A stretch of DNA of 64,000 bases from Lama guanicoe (Eukaryota). The stretch is from positions 9,199,957 to 9,263,956 of the forward strand of contig MU053881.1 in assembly GCA_013239625.1 (NCBI GenBank), given 5' to 3'. Each line of letters starts with the position of its first letter. Position 1 is the first letter of the stretch. Of this stretch, positions 63,521 through 64,000 are shown in pieces. The position numbers and the translations under genes are program-made. The notes under the pieces were generated by a model that worked only from the letters and a program-made list of their open reading frames with translations, had not been told where the DNA came from and did no database searches.

Positions 63521-64000
63521 CAAAGAATTTTCAAGTGCAACTCAACTGCCGTTTTGCTAGTGCCAACTTGGTCTCCCTGTTTTTATGTCCATTCTGGCTG
63601 TTTGTACTCTCAGTTGTGCAAAAATTGAATTTTGGAGAGGAAACTTTACATTGCTTTGTGATCTTAAAAGGAAAGCAGCATGCCTACGTACCAGTGTATT
63701 TAACGATGAGTTTGCCTTAGCTTACAAAACTGAGGGAGGCATTTGAAAAAGTTAACCTTGAGGCCTTCTCAACAAACGTGTGTGGTGTTTGTTCATTTGA
63801 AATTATTAAAATAGAAACTCTATATTAAAAAGTTCCACCATTGGAAAGATGATGGATCATCTAAATAAATTCATTTGCCTTTGTTAGATTGAAAATGTCA
63901 TCTAACTACAGTGCATAAATTTTGGCAACCATATATTAAAATTATTCATAATAGTCTAAATGAAATCTCAAAAATATGAATTACTGTAGTTGCTTGAATA

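Noticed and set aside
1..64000. Naming a host gene, or a CRISPR/prokaryote-type or other novel multi-gene system
   Set aside because: No translated segment matched a protein I recognise; no regularly spaced repeat-spacer array, operon-like ORF packing or compositionally foreign insert is visible.

Overview
64 kb of mammalian genomic DNA, most likely camelid. The assignment rests on a tRNA-Ala-like SINE and a recurring lineage-type L1 3' end, both recognised from memory. The window looks intronic or intergenic. I cannot support any protein-coding gene: the ORF track appears to be chance ORFs, many in repeats or low-complexity sequence. Content is mainly ancient eutherian repeats (MIR, L2, MER5, MER20, MER53, MER58, MLT1 LTRs, L1M), younger 5'-truncated L1 tails with visible target-site duplications, microsatellites and a 132-N assembly gap. 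Non-repeat signals are one CpG-island-like segment (~26.6-27.2 kb), several isolated splice-consensus candidate exons on both strands and motif-rich unique blocks. The best structural observations are a MER53 hairpin with two perfectly complementary 29-bp arms, a double fold-back templated insertion at a deletion inside an L1, a triple-nested TE, a ~100-bp local duplication and two outward-facing perfect splice donors. I found no evidence for a new multi-gene system. Repeat family names are unverified and their boundaries are approximate.
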